A DNA stretch of 63,946 bases, the filler included, from Reticulomyxa filosa (Eukaryota; Protista; Foraminifera): NCBI GenBank assembly GCA_000512085.1. It is 19 parts of 19 records of this genome, joined end to end, with 100 filler letters (N's around TTAATTAATTAA, not from the genome) between each part and the next. Parts side by side here need not be neighbours in the genome. Positions count along the whole stretch, not along the records: positions 51,099 to 52,519 come from ASPP01028667.1; positions 52,620 to 53,811 come from ASPP01024282.1; positions 53,912 to 54,943 come from ASPP01011560.1; positions 55,044 to 60,045 come from ASPP01019685.1; positions 60,146 to 62,290 come from ASPP01027298.1; positions 62,391 to 63,946 come from ASPP01034215.1; 13 more parts are not named here. One strand, 5' to 3'. This document shows, in pieces, positions 52,047 to 63,946 of the stretch. Position 1 is the first letter of the stretch. Each line of letters starts with the position of its first letter. Made by a program: the position numbers and the translations under genes. The notes beneath the pieces are model-generated. The model did no database searches, was not told the DNA's origin, and worked only from the letters and a program-made list of their open reading frames with translations.

Positions 52047-52460
52047 TTATTTATTTTTTTCTTCGAGTTGATTTTCGATTTTAGTTATTCGTTTGCTTAA
52101 ATCATCAATTCTTTTATCGATGTTTTGGAGTAAATGTAAGATTTCATCTAATTTATTATTAGTGAAATCTTCAATTGGCTTTTCTTCAGCCTTTTTTCCC
52201 AATAAGTTTTTTTCATCTTTAGCCAATCTGATTCTTTTGCTTGGAATCACTTCAGTTGTATCATCACCAATATCACTTTTTTTTCTCTTTTGCGGATTTT
52301 TCATTGATGTTTCGACGTCTGAACATATAGTTTTAAACCAGTTTTGCGTTAATGTTAATTGTAATGGATCTTTGCGTTCATAAGAATTGCATAAGTCACG
52401 GACTTTTCTAAAAAATGATCCACCATTCCACTGGTTCATTCCTTTGGCCAACTTCCACAA
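52047..52460 (-). CDS. Hypothetical protein C-terminus with basic NLS-like motifs and a terminal coiled coil
   Basis: 137-aa open frame containing PQKRKK and PSKRIR, and the heptad end LDEILHLLQNIDKRIDDLSKRITKIENQL. Confidence 0.5.
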   Translation of the reverse strand: MWKLAKGMNQWNGGSFFRKVRDLCNSYERKDPLQLTLTQNWFKTICSDVETSMKNPQKRKKSDIGDDTTEVIPSKRIRLAKDEKNLLGKKAEEKPIEDFTNNKLDEILHLLQNIDKRIDDLSKRITKIENQLEEKNK

Positions 52461-52619
52461 ATTAGGATAAATATTTTTTAAGTCATTCTATCTTTCAAAA
52501 CTTGCAAGTTTTCTTTGAANNNNNNNNNNNNNNNNNNNNNNNNNNNNNNNNNNNNNNNNNNNNTTAATTAATTAANNNNNNNNNNNNNNNNNNNNNNNNN
52601 NNNNNNNNNNNNNNNNNNN

Positions 52620-53484
52620 AAAAAGTTGTAAACACATGTGATCAATACCACTGGACAATATACAACAGCTTTGTGTTGAAAGTAATAAATTCGTCGAAAA
52701 AACCTTTGACGGTGAACAATATTGGGCTATTCATGAAATACATCCACGTTGCAAACATGTTTTGGAAGCAGAAGATTGAAATGGAGCCAGAAAAAGTCAT
52801 GGCGGAGTTGCACGAGCAAACCATCGATGTGTTGGGTCGTACTGCGAAACATAAACAAGCGTCGTTGGAGCTCAATCGCATTTACGGAGAACACTCCATT
52901 TCCATTAACTTTGTTCACATGTTTGGCCAGTTTTTTCGAATTCTGCGAGAGTTTATCATTGAACCACGTGCCGATACCATACGAGGCGTACTTGACAATA
53001 GCACTTTGTCGACCACCAAAGGCACACATCGACGATCACAAACTGTCAAAACCCAAATTCGTGATGTCAAAGTTTTGATTTTCCCCCCTCCACTCTTGTA
53101 CCTTCTTGTGTACATACTTACTCTTGCAAAAAAAAAAAGGGAGAAACGGAGTTCAAAAAATTTGTACTGAAAATGCATGAAATTGGCAAAATTCACAAGA
53201 AATTTCATTTGACTGAAAGCTTGTTTCATGCCATAATTGTCAGCTTTTTGAAAGTGCTAAGCACACATTATGCGGGCGAGTTCACAGAACGGGAAAAATC
53301 TGCAATGTTTGTAGTATTGAAGTTGGCTGTGAAATGCATGCTGGATGATCATTCTGCTTCCTCAAGAGATTCCAATGACATCGATGAACTACACTTATTC
53401 CGTCTTATCTCCGCCCTTCCTTCAAAATTCAACCCCATATGCAAAGACTGTGAATACGCTAATCCCGACTCAGTAAAAAAATAA
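52620..53484 (+). CDS. Globin-like domain protein (3' fragment, one intron ~53071-53140)
   Basis: MHEIGKIHKKFHLTESLFHAIIVSFLKVLSTHYAGEFTEREKSAMFVVLKLAVKCML matches globin F-G-H helices with proximal His F8. The upstream exon gives A-E-like helices. Confidence 0.6.
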
Positions 53485-53949
53485 AAAAAGTAAAGATACA
53501 ATTGCAAATGGCCTTTCAACAATATCTTTAGTTAAAAAGATCGAGATTGAATACAATTCGCGGTGCTACGCATTTCTTGAATATGAGGATCAGCGGAGTA
53601 CGGTACTTGCAGTGGACAATATGAATGGTGCACAGGTCGAACATTGTCCGATTAAAGCAAAAAAATAATAACAATAAAATAATTGAAATTGTTTTGAATA
53701 CCATTTTTTATAAATAATTGTTGCATATAAAAAAGAAAAAGAAGTTGGGGATACACATTCCAAAATCAAATGGAAATGGAACAAAAATTGACGTAAAGAA
53801 AAATGAAAAGGNNNNNNNNNNNNNNNNNNNNNNNNNNNNNNNNNNNNNNNNNNNNTTAATTAATTAANNNNNNNNNNNNNNNNNNNNNNNNNNNNNNNNN
53901 NNNNNNNNNNNCTTTTTTAAAAAGAAAAAAAAAAAAAAGAGGAAAAAAA

Positions 53950-54461
53950 TTAATCTGGAGTTGAAATGATCATTTGGATATCCCATGTCCTACATGTACA
54001 TTTCAAAGCCCTTTCTTTCCATGAGAAATCTCTGCGAAACTCAAAGTTTGACTTGTTATCATCTTTGATTTCAACAACTCCTTCCTCATGTTCAAAAGTA
54101 CCTCTCCAGATCCAACCCACAGCAGAGGGTCCTTGTGATTCCGGTGCCATTTCGTGATAAGTATCGTTATCATTGTCAGTGTTATTATTGCTGTTGTTGG
54201 ATTTTTTGGCGTTCGTTTTTATATCTTCGCGCCCCTCATCGTTATAACTTTCAAAACTCTCACCCTTCAAAGAGCCAGTCAAAGAAGGAGTGCATCTATC
54301 TAAATGCAATCGGAGGTCACTTCGACTGACCTGAACGGTATCCCCTTGATCTTTTTTTTCTTCTTCGCCTTCGATTTCAGGGGCTCGCTTTCTAATAAAA
54401 GACGCCTTTTTGCAAAAAGAGGAAAAAAAAAAAAATAAAAATTAACTAAATAGAATGCACC

Positions 54462-54492
<31 letters not shown>

Positions 54493-54895
54493 TATTTTTA
54501 AAAAATTCACACACGTAACAGTAAGTTCCATTTCGGTATCGTTCCAAGGGCCACACAAAACGGCGGACTGGAGTTTGTCCTTTCCATCAGGAACTTGGAC
54601 CCAGCAGCAAGGATATTGAGCCAAACACCCGTACACAAACAGCAGTCGAGATAGACTCTCGACGAATTTGGGCTGTGCAGTTTCGATTTGCTTTTGCAAC
54701 TCCTCGTGTCGTTTGCTGTCGATGCTAAAGGCGAATTTCAGCAGCGTCACGCAGTCCAAAATTTGCCATTCTGTAAACTTCAATGGCGGTGACAAGCGAG
54801 GATCAAACCAGTTCGAATATCTCTCGACATTGAAATACACCTGAGTAAAGTTAGCTGATTGGCTGGGCAATCTCAGTGCAATGTAATCAATTACC
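53950..54895 (-). CDS. Hypothetical protein fragment (at least 2 exons)
   Basis: Protein-like ORFs 54442-54870 and 53950-54309 are separated by an A/T homopolymer intron. No family recognised. Confidence 0.5.
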
Positions 54896-55535
54896 TAACA
54901 ATCACAACTTATCTTTTCCAATAATACATATATATATATATATNNNNNNNNNNNNNNNNNNNNNNNNNNNNNNNNNNNNNNNNNNNNTTAATTAATTAAN
55001 NNNNNNNNNNNNNNNNNNNNNNNNNNNNNNNNNNNNNNNNNNNGCTGCTTTTTTTAAAGCGACCAACACCACAAAAAGCTATCAACAATGGACAAGGCAA
55101 GAAGAAAATATTGATAGTTGTTTGCAAGCATTAAGTAAGAATTCCAGGTGGACAATTCTACTTCGATCCTTTTGGAATTGTCATTTACCAATTTCATTTC
55201 TTTTCAAATGTCTGGTTTGTGTATACTAATCAATGAAACATGATCACTCTTTCGATAATCAGTGAAAGAAAAATAATTTGAATCATAATTAGAAATTACT
55301 AACGTAATGTCTATATTTCCATGCATCAATGCCCAAAGAATAAAGTTCGTTTTTTATCATTTGAGACTCGCACAGAAAACATATTTTAATTCATTTCAAA
55401 AAGTTTTGAACGAACAAAAGGAAAGAAAGCTGATATTACAAAATATAGTTATTTGTTCGGACAATTTTTAGAAATGTTAGAACTTATTGATGTTGAGCTG
55501 ATTGAAAGGCAAACAGTGTTCTAACAAAACAGAAT

Positions 55536-56679
55536 TTAATTGACAACAGTAGTGTCTGGAGGATCTCGGTGCATAAATATTGGATGACCTCCAGGTACTT
55601 GATCGGGTTTTTGAGATGCATGAGAAGAATCGAGATTTGAACCACTAATGTTTTGTTGAGGTTGGGATGGATCGTTGATTTTTTCTTGCACTTGCCATCT
55701 TTTCAAGAAATGTTCCTTGAACCAATCTTGACAACAGCCAATAAACACAGCCACCAAAGCTAATCCCAAGTATATAAAGACATTTGCTAATCCTGGAGCC
55801 TCTCCAATTACAGAAGATGGTTCAATGTCTCCATATCCAATAGTAGAAATAGACACCTTTACAATTTCATAACATATAATATAATTTTTATAATGCTTAA
55901 ATATAAACATCATATGTATAAGACAAAATATATAATATATATACATATATATATATATGTATATGTATATATAATAATTTATTAATTACCCACATAAAAT
56001 ACATGCCAGTGCCAATACTCCATCCTTCCTTGGAGTGCAAGGATATTGCACCAATGAACATAAAAACAACGATGACAAGGAATAAAATCAACATCCTCCT
56101 TGCTTCAAACGAACAACGTTCACGAATGAAACGAAAGGATCTTTGCCTTTTATCTTTATTTTGTATTCGTTTGTCGGTCAGAGTTACCATAACAGTGCCA
56201 ATATTATAAAATGCTAATCCATAGATTATTATCGCCGGCAAACCATAAAGAAATACACACAACCGACCGATAGTGGTTTTGGGTGCTGTAAAACCATAAC
56301 CTATTGTACTTGCTGTTGTAAATGTAAAAAACGCTGCGCGTTTTATTCTCCAACGGTTATCTGAGTTATCATCTGGAACTGAAGATAGTGACAACAAGAA
56401 ATCCAACTGCCCACGCATAGTTTCGTTCAGGGAAGTTGTAATATTCTCATATAGCTGTTTTTTCAACTTTATTTGGTTCTTTTCGTGCCAATATTCACAA
56501 TAAGAAAATATTACCCCACCTATTTCTGCAACAACAAACAATACTAATGTCCAAATTACAAATTTTGAAATGAGCGGGTGTCTTTGGCGAAATTTTTTCA
56601 AGCTACAACATGAATTATTTGGTTGTGCAGAAAGAATAGAAGAAGGCTCGTCGATCAAAGGGGAAGAATTTGCTTCCAT
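55536..56679 (-). CDS. Two-pore-domain (K2P/KCNK-like, 4TM-2P) potassium channel, 2 exons (56679-55990, 55856-55536)
   Basis: M1 IGGVIFSYCE; P1 W..KRAAFFTFTTASTIGYGFTAPKTTIGRL..YGLP; P2 EGWSIGTGMYFMW|VSISTIGYGDIEP; M4 FIYLGLALVA. Confidence 0.95.
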
Positions 56680-56950
56680 ATATATATTATGACTTTAGGC
56701 CAATCAACAATTGTCCCCCTTAAGAAAATTTTTTTTTATTACAACAAAGAAACATTGCTTTTCTTTTGGCCATTTTCGAATTAAATTTGTAAAAGAATGC
56801 TATGTTATCCAATATTCAATTTTTGATTAAGATAGTCATAATGTATAGTTCAAAAAGATTTCCAGGCAGAAATAGTCAAACAAAATTAAGACAAGACAGA
56901 ATTCTAAAATGTTTGATATTCACCAATTGAAAGTTGATTCGTAATTGTCA

Positions 56951-58398
56951 CTAGTCTTTGACAACATAAGAAATTTTTTTTATTAACACAGCAATATTTT
57001 CACGACCGTGTAGATTTTTACTTTTTTCTCTATTCTTCCACTGAAGTGTCGGACTAAACAAGTACTGAATAATAAGATTACTGACCAAATTTTCAAATCG
57101 TTCATTCACGTATTGTACAATTAAATAGTCATAACACAACTCCTCAAGTTCGACTAAATAATCATGCTCATTAAAATTCAAATAAAATCTGTTATTGCCC
57201 AACATTGAAGTGCTAGCTTGTTTTTCCAAAATGTGCAACTCATTGCTCCATCCAAGAGATTGTTGAATTTTTAAAAATACGCATTTGAAATGCAGATGAA
57301 TTGTTGCAGCCGAAACAAGTAAGATCAATACATGACTGATAATGATGCACATAAAAATGATATTGGATTGATCTTTTGTCTTCCATGTTGCACTGTTTGC
57401 AATCAAATGATAGGGATCAAAGACACTCCAAAAGATTATCAGTTGAATGGATACTGTGATTGCTAAAAGAGCCAAATATAAACGGATGGAATATTTCCAT
57501 TGTCTAGGCAATATCGACAATAAATCTTTTTCTTCCAATCCATGAATACAGTTTGCTGGTTTTTTAGTCGGATTGAACACAAAATCAACTGAATGAAGCA
57601 TTGGAGAGCAAATAGTGAGATTATATGTTTGAGCATTCAGCTTGCATATAGCCAAATATTTTGCCAGCGATTGAAATAAGCTCGATATTATATTAAGTTT
57701 ATTTCGAATTCTTGCACGGTCATCAGAATGAGTTTGCATTTTGACTGTAAATTCATATTGTACACGATTTGTATAAACAGCGTATTGTAATGTTTGTGAT
57801 GATGAAAATAGACTATCGCAGGCAATGAATATCTTACTTGTAACACCCAGATTAGGCCAATATAATGCAACAACACCGGACACAAACAAAATGTGCAAGC
57901 TAATAATAAAATAACTCCCATAAATGCTGCTGGAAGCAAGCACCCTTTAACAAACAATAAATTTTGAAACACTACAAAGTTAATTATGTCAATTTTAAAA
58001 CTTCACTTTTTTTAACCTGCGGCCAAAAGAAGAACCATAAGTCCATCCATATTAGCCGAATCATTGTCAGAACCAGCAACCATAAAATAAATTACGAGCG
58101 AAATGCACGCGCATACACACAAAAGTAAAAGAATACCCGCCATGAAAAACAAAATATAAACAAGTATTACGTTGGTGCCCAAAAATGGGTTTTGTAAGCC
58201 CGCAGAATATGCAAATAAAGGAAAATAATTTTCGCACAAAAAATTGATAACGACAAAGTTGAACAACAAAATTGATATCAACAATGCATGACAACCCCTG
58301 ACAACGTAGTCTAGGGAAGAGACGGACAATCCCCAATCGAAATATTTTGCAGAGCTAATTTTTTCAATTGCATCTAACTCATCTGAAATAAGCCTCAT
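56951..58398 (-). CDS. Multi-pass membrane hypothetical protein, 2 exons
   Basis: ORFs 58012-58398 and 56951-57943 contain several hydrophobic helices and are joined by a short GT..AG intron. Confidence 0.6.
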
Positions 58399-59280
58399 TT
58401 TTTTAAAAAAAAGGTCCCTTTCCTTTTAAACACAAGACATACCGCAGCTTAAGCTGAGCAGAAAATGAACAAGCTCTTGAATTAGCAGTTTTTAATATTA
58501 CAAGCTCAAACGAAAAAGATTTTGCAAGCAATATTTGTTTAAAAGGAAGTCAAACAAAAAATTGACAGCCAAATAGGTAAAAAAAAAGGGATAAACACGC
58601 ACACTCCAAAACAATGTAGTTGTGTTTTGGTATTAATATGACAGAATCGTGTACCAAATGAAAACAAGGATTTAAAAGCATTAAAAAAAATAATAAAGGA
58701 AACAGAGAAAAAATAAACTAAACACAAACCATCCTGACACTTCATATACAACATCTAACAATGATAACAAACAACATAATCCTTTTTTTTTTTTGGTTCT
58801 TCCATTACGTTGTTGTTTGCCTTTATCTCTTTTTAATATATCGAAGGAATTAAATCAATATGTGCCTCAACACAAAAGTGAACTAGACAAAACCAAATCC
58901 AAACAAGACGACGCAAACAAAAAAAAGAGAGGCGAATCCATCAAAAAAGCAAAGTCAAAAAGTAAAGTAAAAAAAAAAGACAAATTAAAAAAAAAAATTT
59001 CTATAAACACACTTTCCAGCTTCAAAATCTTCTTCATTTCGCCTGGAGAAAAAAACTAGAACGAAGAAATTACAAAAATTGGTCAACTACTGAATAATGC
59101 ACCATCAACTCTTTGTCGCAAGCAAACAAAATCTTTTTTTTTAGACTCTTTTTTTTTTTGCAACAACAAAGCTATGTTTAAAAAAAAAATGAAGGAGGAA
59201 GAGAAAAAAAAAGACTATGTAAAAAAGATGGATTCAAAACGTGAACAAAGGAACAAAAACAAACAAACAAATAAAATTAG

Positions 59281-60003
59281 TTAAAAATGATTCTGGATGA
59301 AAGGGTTATGAAATGCGGCCGAAGAGGTTTCAAACTTTGGAGTTTGTGACTTTTCAAAGGTTTTGCATCTGGGACTGGGCTCCAAAATGGGAATAATGGC
59401 AGTCGCACTGGAATGCAGAAAGGCCTGATGGCGCTCTTGTCCGGCGCAGCTTTGTCTTCGAATGCGACACCTGCGATTGCCCGAAATTGAAGTCATTCCG
59501 TCCCTTATGTAGATCTCTTTTTGCTCAAAGAGTGGCTCCATCTCATTCACTTTCTTTCTTCTTTCCATTTCTTTTTCATTCGTATTTATTTTACTTTCTT
59601 TTTCTTTTTCTTTTTCCTTTTCTTTGGGCTTTTTAATAGCTTGAATGGGTTGAGGTGGTTGTCTTGGCTGTTTAATTTGGGACGCACTGTTATTGACAGT
59701 CATGTCTTGAAGCTGGTTATCGTACCAAGTCTCTCCTTCTTTGGGAAGACTATTGTTATTGCTATTTATTGTTTTTGCGTGGGGAGCGATGCTGTGATGC
59801 GACATAGACCGACTCTTTCGACTACTTGTGTAATTTGAAGAATGGGGTGTTTTGTCCTTGGAAGGCTTTTCCTTGGTCAATTGGAACCCATTGGTTTGCA
59901 AGTACTTGTGGTCGTCCAATGAATGCTGCATCACAAACTGACCCATGCTCGAGTCCACCAGCGCATCACTTGGCTTTAGTGTTTTACTTTGAGGCGAGAG
60001 CAA
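59281..60003 (-). CDS. C-terminal part of a low-complexity (S/K/E/Q-rich) protein
   Basis: 240-aa open frame with a KEKEKE tract. The 5' end is cut by the spacer. Confidence 0.55.
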   Translation of the reverse strand: MLSPQSKTLKPSDALVDSSMGQFVMQHSLDDHKYLQTNGFQLTKEKPSKDKTPHSSNYTSSRKSRSMSHHSIAPHAKTINSNNNSLPKEGETWYDNQLQDMTVNNSASQIKQPRQPPQPIQAIKKPKEKEKEKEKESKINTNEKEMERRKKVNEMEPLFEQKEIYIRDGMTSISGNRRCRIRRQSCAGQERHQAFLHSSATAIIPILEPSPRCKTFEKSQTPKFETSSAAFHNPFIQNHF

Positions 60004-60145
60004 TGCTATTGATTGCTGATTCCAATTCTATTTCATTTATTTTTTNNNNNNNNNNNNNNNNNNNNNNNNNNNNNNNNNNNNNNNNNNNNTTAATTAATTA
60101 ANNNNNNNNNNNNNNNNNNNNNNNNNNNNNNNNNNNNNNNNNNNN

Positions 60146-60690
60146 AATGAAAATTTCACACAATATACACCAGATGAATGTCCATCTGATGATTGAATTT
60201 GTTTGTTGTTATCAATATCCCATACACAAACTGTTTTATCATCTGATCCAGAACAAATGAATTGACAATCATCAAATGCTGAATGATCAATACTCCAAAC
60301 CCAACCAGTATGTCCAGTGAATGTATTGATTAATTTGGATGATGAACGAAATGTGTCAAACATAAAGAATATAGTTGCCTGTGTTAACAACGATGATAAA
60401 AAACAACAAATATATTTGTTATTTTTATTTAAATTGAATGAAAGACAAAATAAAAAAACGTAACATAATTGACAACTAATTTATCGAAATCATTTATCCA
60501 TCCAAATTTAATGTGTAATATTCTAACCCAATGCTGAATAATGATTTGGATTTCTTTTTTTTCTGGCTGATTCATCACAAGCATACGCAATAAATAAAAA
60601 CTTGAAGACAATTAACTTTTATAAATTTTGAATAAAACTTACTACTACTAGTTGATGTAAAGTTTGTTCATGATTGATAAGAGCTGTCAT
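60146..60690 (-). CDS. WD40-repeat family gene, 5' part (3'-truncated)
   Basis: MTALINHEQTLHQL|..EIQIIIQHWVRILHIKFGWINDFDKLVVNY|..TFTGHTGWVWSID..ICSGSDDKTVCVWD. Paralogous to 35029-36437. Confidence 0.85.
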
Positions 60691-61229
60691 TTTGCAACTC
60701 CGTTTGTTTTTTTGCTTGTATCGTCTTCAATGATGTAAAATGGAAAATTTTACCTTTTTTTTTCAAGTTCAATGAAGTGATTTCAAAAAAGAGTTTTGTA
60801 ATATCTGTGTTTTTTCTTAATGAAGAAAAAAAAAGAAAATGAATTATAACTTTTTATAATTATATTAAGAACAATAAATTATCTTTTTTTACTTATGCAG
60901 TATATCTAATAATATAATGCTTATGGTTAAAATGAAAATGCAAATATTTTATTATAAAATTGTTAGACCATACAAAATTGAATTATGTGCGCAAACAAAA
61001 AAAATTTATTATAATCCAATGAACTAATTACCTTGAACGAAGCAAACAAATACAAAGACAAAGAAAAAAAAACATAAATAAAAACAAAGATTTGTTGAAA
61101 CTAAAGTAGCTCCAGTTCTTTTTGGTTAACAATGTTTTGACAGAAATTGGATGTTGCAATTGAACACTCCAGAACAAATTAGCCATTTTATTAGTTTAAT
61201 TTGCAATCAAGTTGCAAACAGTTCAGCTG

Positions 61230-61919
61230 ACCTTTTCTTTTTTTTCTTAAATGACAAAAATTCACTTTACTTTCTTTTCAATGATATAAATTTAAAATAT
61301 CTTATTTCATTGTCTCCTTTGATCACATACAATTCATTCTTATTTGATTGAATATCCCAAAAACGAATTGTTTTGATAATGATATGGATTAATTTGGATG
61401 ATGGACGATACATAAAATTGATAGTTGACAATAAAATAGAAAACTCATGATATTATTTTTTATTTTCTTTTTTTTGTTTGTGTTAAAGATTTAATTTTTG
61501 AAGTAATTATTGATAATCTTAAGTCAATTTAAAATTTCTTTCTTTCAATGATTTGATTATTGTTTTTCTTTATCATTAAAACTTTTTATTATTATTTCAA
61601 TATCTGCTTGGTCTTGTTGAAAATCTCTTTCTATTTGTTTCATTAGATTATTTTTCAATTCAATTTCTTGTCTCATGGATTGTAATAATTGAGTTACTAA
61701 ATCAAAAGGTAATTTCATTGTTGAAATGTGATGACCATTTAAATTGTGGTTGAAGCGGATATGATTGCGATCAATTAAATTCAAATTGCATTCATTGATT
61801 AAATGATTATTTAAATCTTTTAATTTTCCTCTAAAATCACATTTAATGTCATGTGATTGAATTGGACAAGAATTGTTATTGTTTTTAAGAAACAATTTTA
61901 GACAATGTGCTTGCTTCAT
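61230..61919 (-). pseudogene. TRAF-type zinc finger/coiled-coil/WD40 family pseudogene with large deletions
   Basis: CLKLFLKNNNNSCPIQSHD is joined directly to IKCDFRGKLKDLNNHLINEC. A coiled coil follows, then only WD40 remnants (KTIRFWDIQSNKNELYVIKGD). Confidence 0.65.
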
Positions 61920-62390
61920 TTTTTTTTGTTTTATTAATAATAGGCACTAGAAACTTCAAACAAAAATTTTTGGAGTTGAAGCTGTTAAAAAAAATTTCTC
62001 TTTTTTACAAAAATGGAGATGTAGTTCTATTTTATGAAGATTTTCTATTTAAAAACAATGCGAGTTCACAAAAATCAATTACAATTATTTCCTGCTCTTT
62101 TTCATCTGTGTGGAGCTTGATGTAATTCTTCCTTCTAGAATATTAAAATTAATAGTTAAAATAGATATTAAAAAAAGTCCTACTGACGTCTGAGTAGTAA
62201 AAATTGTGCCTTGAAAATTTCATAGCTGAATTACTCTGTTGACAATAATTGCTTATTCCTGTAATTTTGTTAAAAACAATTAAAAAAGAANNNNNNNNNN
62301 NNNNNNNNNNNNNNNNNNNNNNNNNNNNNNNNNNTTAATTAATTAANNNNNNNNNNNNNNNNNNNNNNNNNNNNNNNNNNNNNNNNNNNN

Positions 62391-63840
62391 ATCAATGAAC
62401 AATTCTATCAGCTACGTGTAGAATTGATAACATGAAGACGTGCGCAATATTCACAAGTCAATGGCCTGACAATCATATCGTTGGTGCAAATTTCCAATAA
62501 GGAACCAATACCATCAAAGGACGAAAGTATACGTATACTTCGGAACAAGCTACCGATTAATCCAAAGAAGTCCAATAAGAGTCCAAATACCAAAATGCTT
62601 TTCATAAATATATTCAAGTCTACATCGACAATATCCGCAATGTTTTATAAATTGGCATTCAGGTAAATAACAGTGAGCAAAAGATCAAATGTGAAAAAAA
62701 AAAGTGTACGTTTACGTATATCAGAGATAATAAGGGGAGTATAGGTTGCACACATAAGGAATTTGATTCAAAATGATTTAAAAAAAAAATAATAACAAAA
62801 ATAATAGTGCACTTACGAATGACGAAGTGGAAGTGTTGATGACACTACTATCGAATGAAATATGCAGACAGTGCCAATAATCACGAATGGGCAGGACATT
62901 CAAGGCACTGTTTTGCAATCAATTGCCCCAGGTACCACATCGACACAAGCGCAGAACTTAGCTGCAAACACTGTATATAGTCGCAGCAAATTTGTCATTC
63001 CAACTTCTCGCTGCCCAATTCTTATCGTCGACTTGCACAACTTCGCCGGCTATGTTGCAAGTGTTATATAATTCTACAATGTTAAGTTGTTTTTTTTTAT
63101 ATATTTTTTTAAAAAAAGGAAACAAAAAATTGTATATACCATACAGATCGTCAAGATATACGTAATAATGTGATTGTGTTGCAAATTGAGTCATTGACAG
63201 ATGGTGATGACTGTTCCAATGTATGGTTCGACCAGCAACTGCTGGTACAAGTCGTAAATGAAAATCGATCCCCATTGTCTGATTGCCAATTGTATGCCCT
63301 TAAGGAGATTGAAGCGCTATTTGCTCAAATAAGGAAAATGAGCATAACGCAACCGACCAGCAATTCTATTGCAAGTCGGCCGTGATGCTTATATTCTTTT
63401 TGTGCAAAGAGACGCTGATTTCTCCAATAAGTGGCGTCCAGTGGCATCTGTGCTGTCAATGCAACATCCGCATGACTTTATGCACCAACCGATTCTCTTG
63501 ACTTCACACATTGCTCCAGCTCCGATACGACAATTATACTTACATATTCGCGATCAATAATACTGCGAATGTCTGCAAGCAATTCCATTGATATCAAATC
63601 CACGTCGACTATGTCCTGCTGCCAAGTTATCTTCATTTTCTTTTTTTTGTCTCTGCAGTATAGACATATCTCTTGACTTTGATTTGTGTATAGTATACTT
63701 GTGGAGCTTGGAGATTTAAACAAAGCGGCACAAATAATTGTATAAATTGGAGAAGCCGCAAATGATGATCGAATTCAACCACTTATCGTTGTGGCCACAT
63801 AATGCGAGATTTTGATTGCAGTATTGTGCGCCAGAGAAGG
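62391..63840 (+). pseudogene. Decayed multi-exon coding sequence, unassigned
   Basis: Several protein-like ORF pieces (62862-63071, 63170-63385, 63369-63560) with frameshifts and stops. Confidence 0.3.
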
Positions 63841-63946
63841 TAAAATCTTTTTTTTTTTGTTTATCTGCAATCTGTAACTATATGTTGTGTGTTTGTCACA
63901 ATAGAATCCCCCCCAACTGTGATTAGAAAAAAAAAGAAGAATAAGG

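Noticed and set aside
25663-61919. Apparent cluster of immunity/signalling genes (VLIG GTPase, Rel/Spo-like, WWE-RING, TRAF) and of two ion channels plus sAC
   Set aside because: Each lies on a different contig, so their co-occurrence in the window is not evidence of linkage.
10323-62390. Recurring TTAATTAATTAA flanked by N runs, resembling a repeat or CRISPR-like motif
   Set aside because: It is an identical 100-nt artificial contig spacer with six-frame stops. ORFs running into X residues are artefacts.
1-63946. tRNA, rRNA, telomeric repeats, CRISPR arrays, prokaryotic operons
   Set aside because: None were recognisable by eye. A covariance-model scan would be needed to exclude small ncRNAs.

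Overview
AT-rich, intron-containing eukaryotic DNA made of 19 unrelated contigs or fragments, joined by 18 artificial 100-nt spacers (N44-TTAATTAATTAA-N44). Adjacency across a spacer carries no biological meaning. The expanded WD40, Kelch-like, TRAF-zinc-finger and PUB-like families, the homopolymer/(TA)n-rich short introns and the many pseudogenes point to a rhizarian protist, most likely the foraminiferan Reticulomyxa filosa (inference, not a database result). Main content: a decayed I-group LINE (RT, RNase H, CCHC); a multi-exon minus-strand gene (10268 to ~4261) whose predicted splicing fuses extracytoplasmic dCache sensor domain(s) (YDPRCRPWY motif) to a complete two-repeat two-pore-channel (TPC)-like channel with almost uncharged S4 segments, which is the top candidate novel system; a soluble adenylyl cyclase (ADCY10-like); a Kelch-like pseudogene; a tandem array of four related ~72-nt hairpins; a CRE-like retrotransposon fragment; a VLIG-type GTPase fragment; a MAPEG protein; WD40 genes; a PUB-like gene; a CUE/Zn-ribbon/RelA-SpoT-like nucleotidyltransferase gene; a tandem-WWE RING E3 ligase; a globin-like fragment; a K2P potassium channel; and several hypothetical or decayed genes. 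Exon boundaries were inferred by eye from GT..AG signals and reading-frame compatibility.
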